A DNA stretch of 38,643 bases from Eubacteriales bacterium (GCA_045636665.1 JAZTXY010000126.1:1-38643); one strand, 5' to 3'; counted from the first letter of the stretch, positions 26,013 to 35,845 are shown. Program-made: numbers and translations. The notes: generated by a model from the letters alone, not told the origin.

Positions 26013-28706
26013 TTAAAGAGAGGAAATAGATGCTCTTAATTTTTCTGCAAGCTCTTGGAATTTAGCCAACTTTTCTTTTTCTGCGTTAACTACCTTTTCG
26101 GGCGCTTTTGAAACGAATTCTGCGTTGTTAAGCTTACCCTGAGCGCGCTTGATTTCGTTTTCGGCGGTTGCAAGCTCCTTGGTAAGACGCTCGCGCTCTG
26201 CTTCGGTATCAACGATATCGGCAAGAGGAAGGAAGATTTCGCAGGCGTTGGTTACGATACGAACCGTGCCTTCATCCTCGCACTTATCGACAACGGTAAT
26301 ACCGCTTGCCGATGCAAGACGGGTGAAGAAGGGCTCTTTATCGGCAAAAAGCTCTTTTTCCGCAGTTGCGATAATGACGTTTGCCAATCTCTTGGGAGGA
26401 ACGTTCATTTCTGCGCGGCGGTTTCTGATTGCGCGGATAGCGGTGAGCATAATATCCATATTGCGCTCTGCTTCGGGGAAATTGAGCGATTCCGAAACGG
26501 TGGGATAATCGGAAATCATAATGCTTTCGCCCTTATGCGGCAAGGAAAGCCAAATTTCCTCGGTAATGAAGGGCATAAAGGGATGCAAAAGCTTCAATGT
26601 GTTCGAAAGAACGTAGGTAAGGGTGTTTTGTGCGGCAATATTGGTGTCGCTTCCCTTTTCCTGCAATCTCGGCTTTACAAGCTCGATATACCAGTCGCAG
26701 AATACGTCCCAAATAAAGTCGTAAAGCTTCGAAACGGCGATGCCGAGCTCATATTTATCAATATTTTCTCTTACCTCGCCTACAACGCGGTTGTAAAGCG
26801 AAAGTACCCATTTATCCTCTTCCGCGAGGTTAGCGGTATCGATATTTTCGGTATCGCAATCGCGGTCGAGATTCATCATAACGAATCTTGCGGCGTTCCA
26901 AATCTTGTTTGCGAAATTACGCGAAGCCTCAAAGCGTTCGTCGGAAATACGCATATCGTTTCCGGGGCTGTTGCCGGTTGCAAGGGTAAAGCGCAAAGCG
27001 TCTGCGCCGTAGGTCTTGATAACCTCAAGCGGATCGATACCGTTGCCGTGCGACTTCGACATCTTTCTGCCGAGCGCGTCGCGTACAAGACCGTGAATGA
27101 ACACGTCGGTAAAGGGCTTTTTGCCTGTGTGTGCAAGACCCGAGAATATCATTCTCGAAACCCAGAAGGTAATTATATCGTAGCCCGTAACGTGAGTGTT
27201 TGTGGGATAGAAGCGCTTGAGATCCTCGGCATCCTCGTTCGGCCAGCCCATTGTGGAGAACGGCCAAAGCGCAGAGGAGAACCAGGTATCGAGCGTGTCG
27301 GGGTCTTGGGTCATTGCCTTGCCGCACTTCGGGCAGATTGCGGAATCGTCCTTGGTAACTACCAATTCGCCGCAATCGTCGCAATAGAACGCGGGTATTC
27401 TGTGTCCCCACCAAAGCTGACGGGAAATACACCAGTCGCGGATGTTTTCCATCCAGTGGAGATAGTTTTTCGAAAATCTGTCGGGAATGAAGCGGATATC
27501 GCCCGATTTAACAGCGTCGATAGCGGGAGTTGCAAGCGGCTTCATCGAAACGAACCATTGCTTGGATATCATCGGCTCGATAACGTGGTGGCAACGGTAG
27601 CAGGTGCCTACGTTGTGCTTGAGCGGTTCAACCGACTTCAAAAAGCCTGCCGCTTCAAGATCGGCAAGGATTGCCTTGCGTGCCTCGGAGGTGGTCATTC
27701 CTGCATATTTACCGCAGTCAAGCACCTCGGGCTCGCCGACAGCGGCAGTGCCGCGCGCCAAGCTTTCCTCGTATGCGGCTTTGTCGGAAGCGCCCGTCAT
27801 CTTGCCGTCATAGGTGAATACGCGTACCAAGGGCAAATCGTGACGTTGACCGACCTCATAGTCGTTGGGGTCGTGCGCGGGAGTGATTTTAACAACGCCG
27901 GTTCCCTTCGTCATATCTGCGTGTTCATCGCAGATTATGGGAATTTCCTTGTTTATCAAAGGCAAAATAACGTGACAGCCGTGAAGATGCGCGTAACGGG
28001 GGTCGTCTGCGTTTATAGCAACGGCGGTATCGCCGGGCATGGTTTCGGGACGTGTGGTGGCAAGCTCAAGCATATCGCCCGTTTCCTTAACGGGATAAAG
28101 CAGGTGATAGAAGTTGCCGTTTTGATCGTCGTATTCAACCTCGGCATCGGAAATAGAGGTCATACAGGTGGTACACCAGTTAACCATACGGTTGCCGCGG
28201 TAGATAAGACCTTCGTTGTAAAGCTTTACGAAAACCTCTTTAACAGCTTCGCTGCAGCCCTCGTCGAGAGTGAAGCGGCGCTTCGACCAGTCACAAGACG
28301 AGCCGAGCTTTTTGAGCTGCTCGCAAATTCTGCCGCCATAGGTATTGTTCCAATCCCAAGCGCGTTCCAAAAAGCCCTCTCTGCCGAGGTCTTCCTTGGT
28401 GATGCCCTCTTTACGCATTGCTTCAACGATCTTCGCTTCGGTAGCGATCGATGCGTGGTCGGTACCGGGAAGCCAAAGGGTTTCAAAGCCGCACATTCTC
28501 TTGTAACGGACAAGAATATCCTGCAAGGTGTTGTCAAGCGCGTGGCCCATGTGAAGCTGACCGGTAATATTGGGAGGAGGCATTACGATAGAAAACGCTT
28601 CGCTTCCCTCTTTTGCGTTGGGTTTAAAATAACCCTTGGAATCCCATTCGCTGTATAACCTCTCCTCAAATTCGGCAGGGTTATACTTCTTTTCAAGTTC
28701 TTTCAT
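26013..28706 (-). CDS. valS: Valine--tRNA ligase
   Basis: PPPNITGQLHMGH, DWCISRQLWWGHRIP, DTWFSSALWP and KMSKS motifs; C-terminal coiled coil. Confidence 0.98.
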   Translation of the reverse strand: MKELEKKYNPAEFEERLYSEWDSKGYFKPNAKEGSEAFSIVMPPPNITGQLHMGHALDNTLQDILVRYKRMCGFETLWLPGTDHASIATEAKIVEAMRKEGITKEDLGREGFLERAWDWNNTYGGRICEQLKKLGSSCDWSKRRFTLDEGCSEAVKEVFVKLYNEGLIYRGNRMVNWCTTCMTSISDAEVEYDDQNGNFYHLLYPVKETGDMLELATTRPETMPGDTAVAINADDPRYAHLHGCHVILPLINKEIPIICDEHADMTKGTGVVKITPAHDPNDYEVGQRHDLPLVRVFTYDGKMTGASDKAAYEESLARGTAAVGEPEVLDCGKYAGMTTSEARKAILADLEAAGFLKSVEPLKHNVGTCYRCHHVIEPMISKQWFVSMKPLATPAIDAVKSGDIRFIPDRFSKNYLHWMENIRDWCISRQLWWGHRIPAFYCDDCGELVVTKDDSAICPKCGKAMTQDPDTLDTWFSSALWPFSTMGWPNEDAEDLKRFYPTNTHVTGYDIITFWVSRMIFSGLAHTGKKPFTDVFIHGLVRDALGRKMSKSHGNGIDPLEVIKTYGADALRFTLATGNSPGNDMRISDERFEASRNFANKIWNAARFVMMNLDRDCDTENIDTANLAEEDKWVLSLYNRVVGEVRENIDKYELGIAVSKLYDFIWDVFCDWYIELVKPRLQEKGSDTNIAAQNTLTYVLSNTLKLLHPFMPFITEEIWLSLPHKGESIMISDYPTVSESLNFPEAERNMDIMLTAIRAIRNRRAEMNVPPKRLANVIIATAEKELFADKEPFFTRLASASGITVVDKCEDEGTVRIVTNACEIFLPLADIVDTEAERERLTKELATAENEIKRAQGKLNNAEFVSKAPEKVVNAEKEKLAKFQELAEKLRASISSL

Positions 28707-28725
28707 AATTTATGTACCTCGGCAA

Positions 28726-29979
28726 TTATTTTTTCAAAACGTTCATAACCAAGCCGGTCTTGAGCTTGGGATAGAAATAGGTGCTCTTTTGAGGCATCTT
28801 GTCGCCTGCAAGCGCAACCGCCTTGATTTGGCTTACTTTTGTTGCATTGATAAGGAAAGCGGCGGTCGCTTTGCCCTCTTTAACCGATTCGATAGCTTCC
28901 TCCATCGAACGGGTATAGCGCAAATTGATTTGGTTTGCCATATTTTCCTTGTCGATTCCCAACGCGTTTTCAAGCACGTAGGAGTGAAGGATGCTTACGT
29001 CAAGGTCGCTGTATGCTTCGCTTCTGAAATCGATAATTTCCTGAGCGTTCTTCTTCAATTCCATCAACAAGAAATCTTCGCCGCCGGTGTAAAGAGCAAA
29101 GGTGTGACCGTTTGCACCCTTGTTAAGCGCCGATTCAAGCTCACCCAAGGGAAGCTCCGTAAGTTTGAATCTGCCCTTGCACTTACGAACGATATCATCG
29201 CGGTCAACGGGCTTGTCAACGATAAGACGGTGAGTCGGGAAAACCACCAAGCCCTTATCGTCCATATCAACAAGCGTCATCATAACACAGCTTGCGTCTG
29301 CGCCTTCGGGGGGATTGGTAAGTCCGCGCTTGTAGTTAAGTGCGGTTTCATATCTGTGGTGGCCGTCCGCGATAAACAGCTGCTTGTCGATAAGAGTTGT
29401 CATTATCGCAAGGACGTCCTTGTCGTTATCGATCTTCCAAAGAGTGTGGGTAACCTCTTCCTCATCGGTGAAACGGCAAATGGGCGCTTCCTCGGTCTTC
29501 TTCGTAAGAATTTTTGCAATCTTCTTACTGCTGTCGGAATAAAGCGAATAGATCGACGAGAAATTACATCCCGTACCGCGCATAAGGTTAAGACGGTCCT
29601 GCTTTGCCTTGGTAAGGGTTTCCTCGTGAGGGAGAATTACTCTTTCGGAAAATTCGCAAAGCTCAACCAAGCAGACCATACCGGTAAGGCAATAATCCTT
29701 TCCCGCAACGTTAAATTCCTCACGGTAAACGTAAATGCCCGCTTCTTCATCGCGTGCAAGGATGCCTTCGTTAAGCCAAGAATTCAAAATTCTGCCTGCA
29801 TCGTTATATCTGTCCTCGCCCACGGGGAGCTCAAGACGTACGACGTTGTATTCGTTTCTGTTAATAAGCGCTTCTCTTTCGCTTTCCGAGATAATGTCGT
29901 AAGGAGGACATACGCAGTTCTTAATATCGCCTGCTTTTTCGGTAAATCTTAATGCCTTGATCGGCTTGATTACTGCCAT
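28726..29979 (-). CDS. DUF1015 family protein
   Basis: PPYDII, ILPHEET, IADGHHRYETA and MPQKSTYFYPK motifs. Confidence 0.9.
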   Translation of the reverse strand: MAVIKPIKALRFTEKAGDIKNCVCPPYDIISESEREALINRNEYNVVRLELPVGEDRYNDAGRILNSWLNEGILARDEEAGIYVYREEFNVAGKDYCLTGMVCLVELCEFSERVILPHEETLTKAKQDRLNLMRGTGCNFSSIYSLYSDSSKKIAKILTKKTEEAPICRFTDEEEVTHTLWKIDNDKDVLAIMTTLIDKQLFIADGHHRYETALNYKRGLTNPPEGADASCVMMTLVDMDDKGLVVFPTHRLIVDKPVDRDDIVRKCKGRFKLTELPLGELESALNKGANGHTFALYTGGEDFLLMELKKNAQEIIDFRSEAYSDLDVSILHSYVLENALGIDKENMANQINLRYTRSMEEAIESVKEGKATAAFLINATKVSQIKAVALAGDKMPQKSTYFYPKLKTGLVMNVLKK

Positions 29980-30059
29980 TTCTTTAGTTTGCGCGTTTTT
30001 TCGTTTTCGCGCTTCCCTTTCATTTATTTAAGTGTTTTTATTTACTTTTTAAGTGCTTT

Positions 30060-32438
30060 TTATTTGCTTTTCAGCCGAGCAAAGCTGCCCATAATACGCT
30101 TTACGCTTCCGTTTTTGAATTCGATTTCGTAAAGCACGTCGCCGCCCATCGGAGCCGCGCTTAAAATCTCGCCCTCGCCGAACATCGGGTGGACAACCAA
30201 GCTTCCTGCCTCGAAAAACTTGGGCTTTTCCACATTTTGTGCATTCGCGCGTATGTTTTCGAGATATTTGCTTCGAGCCTCTCCGTTATTCGCCGTTTGC
30301 TGTTGCGAATAGGAGTTATAGTTGCTTCTTCCGCCGAGAATCTTAATATCGCACGATTCTTGCGGTATTTCCTTTGCAAACCGAGAAGGCTGACGCATTT
30401 CGGTTCTGCCGTAAAGCATACGCGAATCGGTATTTATAAGGAAAAGCTCCTTCTTGGCACGGGTGACCGCAACGTAGGCAAGCCGTCTTTCCTCTTCAAT
30501 CGCGCGTTCACCCTCGTTAAAGGATTGCACCGACGGGAAAAGTCCCTCCTCAAACCCCGGAATGAATACCGTATCGAATTCAAGTCCCTTTGCCGAGTGG
30601 ACCGTCATTAACGATACCGATTCACTGCCCGAATCGTAAGAATCGAGGTCACTCACAAGCGAAATTTCGTTTAAAAACTCGGCAAGAGTCGGATTTTCCG
30701 CAGTTTCCTCGAAAAGCTTTGCGGAGGAAACCAATTCAAGCACGTTTTCTTCTCTTTCAACTCCGTCATCCTCCTCGGCAAGCATTAAACGGTAACCCGT
30801 TCCCTCGATGACCTCGGAAACGGTTGCCGAGAGGGAGTGCGTATGTGCAAACTCGCGCAGTTTTTTTATCAAAGCGGTAAAGCCAATAAGCTTTTGCGAT
30901 GCGCGTTGCAATTCGGGATATTTTTGCGCGTTATCGATGACCGAAAACAGCGAGATGCCGCTTTTATCGGCAAGATTTGACGCTCTTTCGACCGTTGTTT
31001 CGCCGATAGCTCGCTTGGGCACGTTGATGATACGCCTTAATCTTACCGCGTCGCTCGGATTGGCGACGACCGAAAGATAAGCGAGAATATCCTTAATTTC
31101 GCGTCTTTCATAAAATCGAAGACCGCCGAAAATCTTATAAGGTATGCGCTTTTTCACAAAAGCCGTTTCGAGCGATTGCGAAAGCGCGTTTACACGGTAA
31201 AGAATGGCAAAATCCGAATAGCTTTTGCCGTTTGCAACACGTTTTTCGATAGTGTCGCAGATAAATTCGGCTTCCGCAGACTGACTTTCGACCTTTCTTA
31301 AATGAACCTTTTCGCCGTCGTCGGCTTCTGTCCAAAGCTCTTTTCCCTTTCGGTCGGTATTGTGCGATATAATTCCGTTTGCGGCGGTAAGAATATTGCC
31401 TGCGGAACGGTAATTTTGTTCTAACCGAATGGTTTTTACGTTGTTATAGGTCTTGTCAAACCCAAGTATGTTTTCAACCGTCGCGCCGCGGAAGGAATAA
31501 ATCGATTGATCGTCGTCACCGACAACGCAAACGTTTTTATGCTTGCCCGAAAGAAAGGCGACAAGCTTGCTTTGCGATGGGTTTGTATCCTGATATTCGT
31601 CAACGAGTATATATTTAAACTGCTCGCGGTAGATATCAAGCACGTCGCGGTGGGTTTCGAAAAGGCGGTTGGTAAGCATTATAATATCGTCAAAGTCAAG
31701 CGCGTTTGCACTCTTTAGCTTTTCCTGATACCTTGCATAAACCTCGGCGATTCTTTTACCGAAGCGGTCAAAGCCCGAATCAAGCGCAATTTCCGACGGT
31801 GTGCGGTCGCTTTCCTTTGCCATCGAAATCGAATGCATAACAGCCTTGGGCGGAAGCATCGATTCGGGGATATTAAGCTCCTTGATTATCGAAACGATAA
31901 GCTTTTTGCAATCGTCGGTATCGTAAATGGTAAAATCGTTCTTATAACCCAAACGGTCGATAAACCGACGCAAAATGCGAACGCATATCGAGTGGAAGGT
32001 GCCTGCCCAAATATCACGTGCGGCTTCTCCGAGCGTTTTTTCCAAACGCTCCTTAAATTCCTTTGCCGCCTTGTTTGTAAAGGTAATGCAAAGCACTCGG
32101 TAAGGGTGCGCGGGTTCAACGGCGCACCTTTTAAGCATTTCGCGGACGTGTTCCCTTTTGCCGTTTTTGATAACCGATTGCATCATCGGGACAAGCATAT
32201 TAGCGTTTTGCGGTATTTCTTTATCGTTCGAAGCGCGTCCGAAAAGGATAATGTTTGCGATTCGGTTAACTATAACCGTCGTTTTTCCGCTTCCCGCGCC
32301 CGCAAGAACAAGCAAGGGTCCTTCGGTCGAAAAAACCGCTTCCCTTTGTTTGGGATTGAGATATGAAAAATATTTATCGAAAAGCTGCCGTTTTAAACGG
32401 TCAAACTCGTGTGAAACCTGCATCTGAAAAGACTCCAT
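30060..32438 (-). CDS. pcrA: ATP-dependent DNA helicase PcrA/UvrD
   Basis: AGAGSGKT, TFTNKAA, VDEYQDTN, LEQNYRS, HSAKGLEF and EERRLAYVAVTRA motifs; C-terminal Tudor-like domain. Confidence 0.96.
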   Translation of the reverse strand: MESFQMQVSHEFDRLKRQLFDKYFSYLNPKQREAVFSTEGPLLVLAGAGSGKTTVIVNRIANIILFGRASNDKEIPQNANMLVPMMQSVIKNGKREHVREMLKRCAVEPAHPYRVLCITFTNKAAKEFKERLEKTLGEAARDIWAGTFHSICVRILRRFIDRLGYKNDFTIYDTDDCKKLIVSIIKELNIPESMLPPKAVMHSISMAKESDRTPSEIALDSGFDRFGKRIAEVYARYQEKLKSANALDFDDIIMLTNRLFETHRDVLDIYREQFKYILVDEYQDTNPSQSKLVAFLSGKHKNVCVVGDDDQSIYSFRGATVENILGFDKTYNNVKTIRLEQNYRSAGNILTAANGIISHNTDRKGKELWTEADDGEKVHLRKVESQSAEAEFICDTIEKRVANGKSYSDFAILYRVNALSQSLETAFVKKRIPYKIFGGLRFYERREIKDILAYLSVVANPSDAVRLRRIINVPKRAIGETTVERASNLADKSGISLFSVIDNAQKYPELQRASQKLIGFTALIKKLREFAHTHSLSATVSEVIEGTGYRLMLAEEDDGVEREENVLELVSSAKLFEETAENPTLAEFLNEISLVSDLDSYDSGSESVSLMTVHSAKGLEFDTVFIPGFEEGLFPSVQSFNEGERAIEEERRLAYVAVTRAKKELFLINTDSRMLYGRTEMRQPSRFAKEIPQESCDIKILGGRSNYNSYSQQQTANNGEARSKYLENIRANAQNVEKPKFFEAGSLVVHPMFGEGEILSAAPMGGDVLYEIEFKNGSVKRIMGSFARLKSK

Positions 32439-32640
32439 ACTATGATAGCATATATTATAATATAAAGGAAATCAAATTGCAATACAAAATCAAAAAAAGC
32501 ATCGGCTAAAAACATTCGCTTTGTCAAAAATTACGAAAATGAAAAAATTGAAAAATCCTCTTGCATTTTTTTATTTTGTCGGTTATAATGTGTACATCAC
32601 AATAGGGCTAAATTGCCTAAAAATAATAAGGAGAAACACT

Positions 32641-34185
32641 ATGAAGAAATTACTCGCGTTTCTTCTCGTAGCTACCATGATCGTTGCTATGTTTGCGATT
32701 CCCGCAGCAGCAGAAGACACTGTTAACTATGAAGAAGAATTCAAATTCGTTAAGACTGCTCCCAACATCAATGGTGAAGTTAAGTCCAGCGAATACGGCA
32801 CTGTTCCCGTACACTCCTATCCCGATGCAAAAGAACAATTTGACGATTCTACCAACTTTGAATTTGGCGAAGATGAAGTTAAATTTGATTTTTACGCAGC
32901 ATGGGATGCTGAAAACCTTTACATGGCATGGGTTGTTGAAACCGACATCCACACCGGTATGCCCGAACAAGACTTTAAGGGCGACGGCGCTTGGAACGTT
33001 GAAGGCGACTCCAACTATATGTGGCAGTACTCCTGCTTGCAGTTCATCCTCATCCCCGGCGCTCCCGCATACGGCGAAACCCTTTACCAGACCAGCGAAT
33101 GGGCAGGCGACTACCTCGAAGTAGGTCTTGCACTCACCGCTGAAGGCACCTCCGTACGTGCTTGGTGGAGTAAGCCCACCAACGCTCCCAACCTCGACGT
33201 TAACGAATGGGACGCAGCTATCAAGAGAGATGACGCTAAAAAGACCACTACTTATGAAGTAAGAATTCCCTGGAGCAAGTCCGGTGTTAACGAAATCGGT
33301 AACGAAGCTCAGTTCGGCCTTACCTACGCTGTAGCTGCTCAGAACGACTACAACGTTAAGAAGGGTATGATCGAATGGCAGGATGCTATTCTCAGCGGCA
33401 AGCAAGCAGACAAGTCCGCAGTTATCACCCTTACCGGTAACGATGATATCGGCAAGACCGAGAACTCCCACGACGGCGGCACCGTTGATCCCAACGCAGG
33501 CAAGACCGAAGGCACCGTTCCCGATGCAGCAAAGGACGCTATCCAAATCGCTATCGACGGCGTTAACATTTCCATCACCGGCGAAAAGGCATACCTTTAC
33601 ACCGATCCTTCCAAGATTTCCGAAAACAACAATACCTGGGCAGCTTGCCTCCTTCTCAAGCCCGTTGACGGCGAAGACGGTATTTACGAAATCGTAGAAT
33701 CCAAGACCGGCGCAGGCGAAGCTTTCTCCTTCGATTCTACTATCGAAGACGGTATGATCGCATTCGCGGCTCACTCCGACGGTTCGGGTATTGGTAACGA
33801 TCGTAGAAATGCTGTTATGGCTCTCGGCGTTGGCGACAAGCTCGGCCTCTTCGGTGTTGACCTTGAAAAGGCTGATACCACCTATACCAACGCTATGTTC
33901 TACGTAGTTGGTTCCACCGGCAGCACCGACACTTCTGATGATACTTCCGAAGAAGTTTCTGACGCTACTTCCGAAGACGCATCTACCGACACTTCTGTAG
34001 AAGCTTCTACCGCTACTTCCGAAGATGCTTCTACCGAAACCTCTGAAGCTACCAGCACCACCACCTCTGAAGGCGACACCACCGTTGAAGAAGAAGGCAG
34101 CCTCCTCTGGCTCTGGATCGTTATCGGCGTTGTAGTTGTTGCAGGCGTAGTTGTTGCAGTAGTTGTTCTTAAGAAGAAGAACTAA
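32641..34185 (+). CDS. Surface protein: CBM9-like domain, unannotated module, Ser/Thr/Glu stalk, C-terminal TM anchor
   Basis: ATG 32641 after AGGAG; signal peptide; APNING..SEY, WDAENLYM and YEVRIPW motifs; hydrophobic C-terminus followed by KKKN. Confidence 0.85.
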   Translation: MKKLLAFLLVATMIVAMFAIPAAAEDTVNYEEEFKFVKTAPNINGEVKSSEYGTVPVHSYPDAKEQFDDSTNFEFGEDEVKFDFYAAWDAENLYMAWVVETDIHTGMPEQDFKGDGAWNVEGDSNYMWQYSCLQFILIPGAPAYGETLYQTSEWAGDYLEVGLALTAEGTSVRAWWSKPTNAPNLDVNEWDAAIKRDDAKKTTTYEVRIPWSKSGVNEIGNEAQFGLTYAVAAQNDYNVKKGMIEWQDAILSGKQADKSAVITLTGNDDIGKTENSHDGGTVDPNAGKTEGTVPDAAKDAIQIAIDGVNISITGEKAYLYTDPSKISENNNTWAACLLLKPVDGEDGIYEIVESKTGAGEAFSFDSTIEDGMIAFAAHSDGSGIGNDRRNAVMALGVGDKLGLFGVDLEKADTTYTNAMFYVVGSTGSTDTSDDTSEEVSDATSEDASTDTSVEASTATSEDASTETSEATSTTTSEGDTTVEEEGSLLWLWIVIGVVVVAGVVVAVVVLKKKN

Positions 34186-34215
34186 TTTAAGCTGATAACT
34201 CACAATAGTGACTAT

Positions 34216-34248
34216 AAAGAACTCCCGTAGCAACGGGAGTTCTTTTTT
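34216..34248 (+). terminator. Intrinsic terminator
   Basis: AAAGAACTCCCGT-AGCA-ACGGGAGTTCTTT followed by a T run. Confidence 0.8.
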
Positions 34249-34338
34249 GCGTCAGTCGGCTTCGCTTTTCCTTGACAATGGCAATAAAATGGTGTAAAAT
34301 TCATAGTGAATAGATATAATAATCGAAAGGGGATAAAA

Positions 34339-35781
34339 ATGGAACCGTTCGAAACAACCGCCTTTGCGGTACAAGATAACAACTTTCCTGCAGAGGCATT
34401 AAGACAAGCCAAAGCGGCGGCGAACATACGCATTTCCCCGTACCTTTCTAATAGGTTAGACTTAAGAGGGAAAACGCTTTTATCTTTCGGAGAAATAACC
34501 GATAAGCATTGCGAATGCGCGGTTTCGGTATACCGCAAGGAAGGCGGAGCTTGGCAATTGGGCTTGCACGTCGCCGACGTTGATGAATACGTTTGCGAGG
34601 GCTCGCCGTTGGATGAAGAAGCGAAATTGCGTTGCGGCGCAATAAGAAACGGATTCGGGGAAGTGGAGATGCTTCCGCCGACGATAGTGAACGACGTTTG
34701 CGACCTGCAAGTAGGGAAGGACAGACTTGCCGTATCGGTGTTTATGGATATAGGCGCAAACGGCGAGTTGGAAAACATATCCTTCGAGGAATCGGTCGTA
34801 CGCATTGCGGAAAAATGCTTTTATAACGAAATCGACCATCTCGGATTTGCGAATGACAAATCTTCGATTCACGCACTGCGCGAAAAATATGCGCCTTATT
34901 TGAACATTTTGCTCGATATGTATGAGCTTGCGGCGATTTTCTGCTCGAAACGTCGCGAAAGAGGCGGTCTTGACTGTACGGTATTCCGCCGCAGCTTTGA
35001 ACGCGGCGAGGACGGAAAGCTTTGCTTTTCCTATGACCAAGAGCCCGACAGCCGCGCAATGGTGCGCGAGCTTGGATATTTTGCCGCCGAAGCTATCGGC
35101 AAATATATGTCCGAGCGCGAGTTGCCTTGTATTTATGTAGGTCAAGAAGCGCTTGACGTCAGTGCGCTTGATTTTCTCGGCGCTTTGGTCGGGGAAGTCG
35201 ACAAAACCGCACCGAGCTATGTCAGAGCGTCAAGCATTGCCGATAACGCAAAGGGTTCGCCCTTTTACGGGTTTGTTTGCACTGCGATAAGACGCGCGCT
35301 TCCGTGTGCGACGTTCTCGGACAAGCCGATTTTCAATTCAATCGGTGTCAGCGATCATCTTGTGTCGTTTATTCATCCGGTAACTAAATATTCAGCATTG
35401 CTTACTTTAAGAATGATTAAAAACGGAATCCTTGCATCGGGCGACCCTAAAAACCTCAATCTTAACAAATACCGTCAGATTGCAAGTGCCGCCGCCGAAA
35501 AAGCAACCGAAGCAGAAGGAATGGTTTGCGGCGCGCAAAAGCGTTATTTCATTATTTCCGCCGAAGAATTTGTTAAAAACAACCTTTCGGCACTGCACAA
35601 GGGTTTTCCTTTCAGAATACGCGAAAACGGGGACGTTTCGGTTATGCTCATTTGCGGACTTATTGCCACTGTTCAAAGCCAATACGTCAAAGAAAACGGT
35701 CTTGTTATCGGCGAAGCCTATGATTTCGAAATTGTCGACTTCAACACCGAAAAGCCGCTTGTTTATGTAAAACCACATTAA
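34339..35781 (+). CDS. RNB (RNase II/R) domain protein with degenerate active site
   Basis: RLDLRG, LGLHVADVDEYVCEGSPLDEEAKLR, MLPP..DVCDL..GKDRLAVSV and RRERGGLD motifs; catalytic Asp cluster not conserved. Confidence 0.8.
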   Translation: MEPFETTAFAVQDNNFPAEALRQAKAAANIRISPYLSNRLDLRGKTLLSFGEITDKHCECAVSVYRKEGGAWQLGLHVADVDEYVCEGSPLDEEAKLRCGAIRNGFGEVEMLPPTIVNDVCDLQVGKDRLAVSVFMDIGANGELENISFEESVVRIAEKCFYNEIDHLGFANDKSSIHALREKYAPYLNILLDMYELAAIFCSKRRERGGLDCTVFRRSFERGEDGKLCFSYDQEPDSRAMVRELGYFAAEAIGKYMSERELPCIYVGQEALDVSALDFLGALVGEVDKTAPSYVRASSIADNAKGSPFYGFVCTAIRRALPCATFSDKPIFNSIGVSDHLVSFIHPVTKYSALLTLRMIKNGILASGDPKNLNLNKYRQIASAAAEKATEAEGMVCGAQKRYFIISAEEFVKNNLSALHKGFPFRIRENGDVSVMLICGLIATVQSQYVKENGLVIGEAYDFEIVDFNTEKPLVYVKPH

Positions 35782-35784
35782 TTA

Positions 35785-35826
35785 TGTTTCACGTGAAACA
35801 AAAAGCGAAAGGTTTCACGTGGAACA
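35785..35826. promoter_or_regulatory. Two parS (ParB/Spo0J binding) sites
   Basis: Perfect TGTTTCACGTGAAACA at 35785-35800; variant GGTTTCACGTGGAACA at 35811-35826. Confidence 0.9.
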
Positions 35827-35845
35827 ATTGAACGGAGAATGTTAA

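Noticed and set aside
26013..28706. Alternative genetic code (CAC read as Leu) to explain the ValS motif changes
   Set aside because: CAC encodes conserved His elsewhere, for example GTDHASIAT and PAHDPND in ValS
28707..28725. T-box riboswitch upstream of valS
   Set aside because: The gap to the upstream gene is only 19 bp, leaving no room for a leader
26535..29952. 707-aa and 438-aa plus-strand ORFs
   Set aside because: Antisense to valS and the DUF1015 gene; codon-bias shadow ORFs. The same applies to 8591-9628, 32650-34233 and 37391-38539
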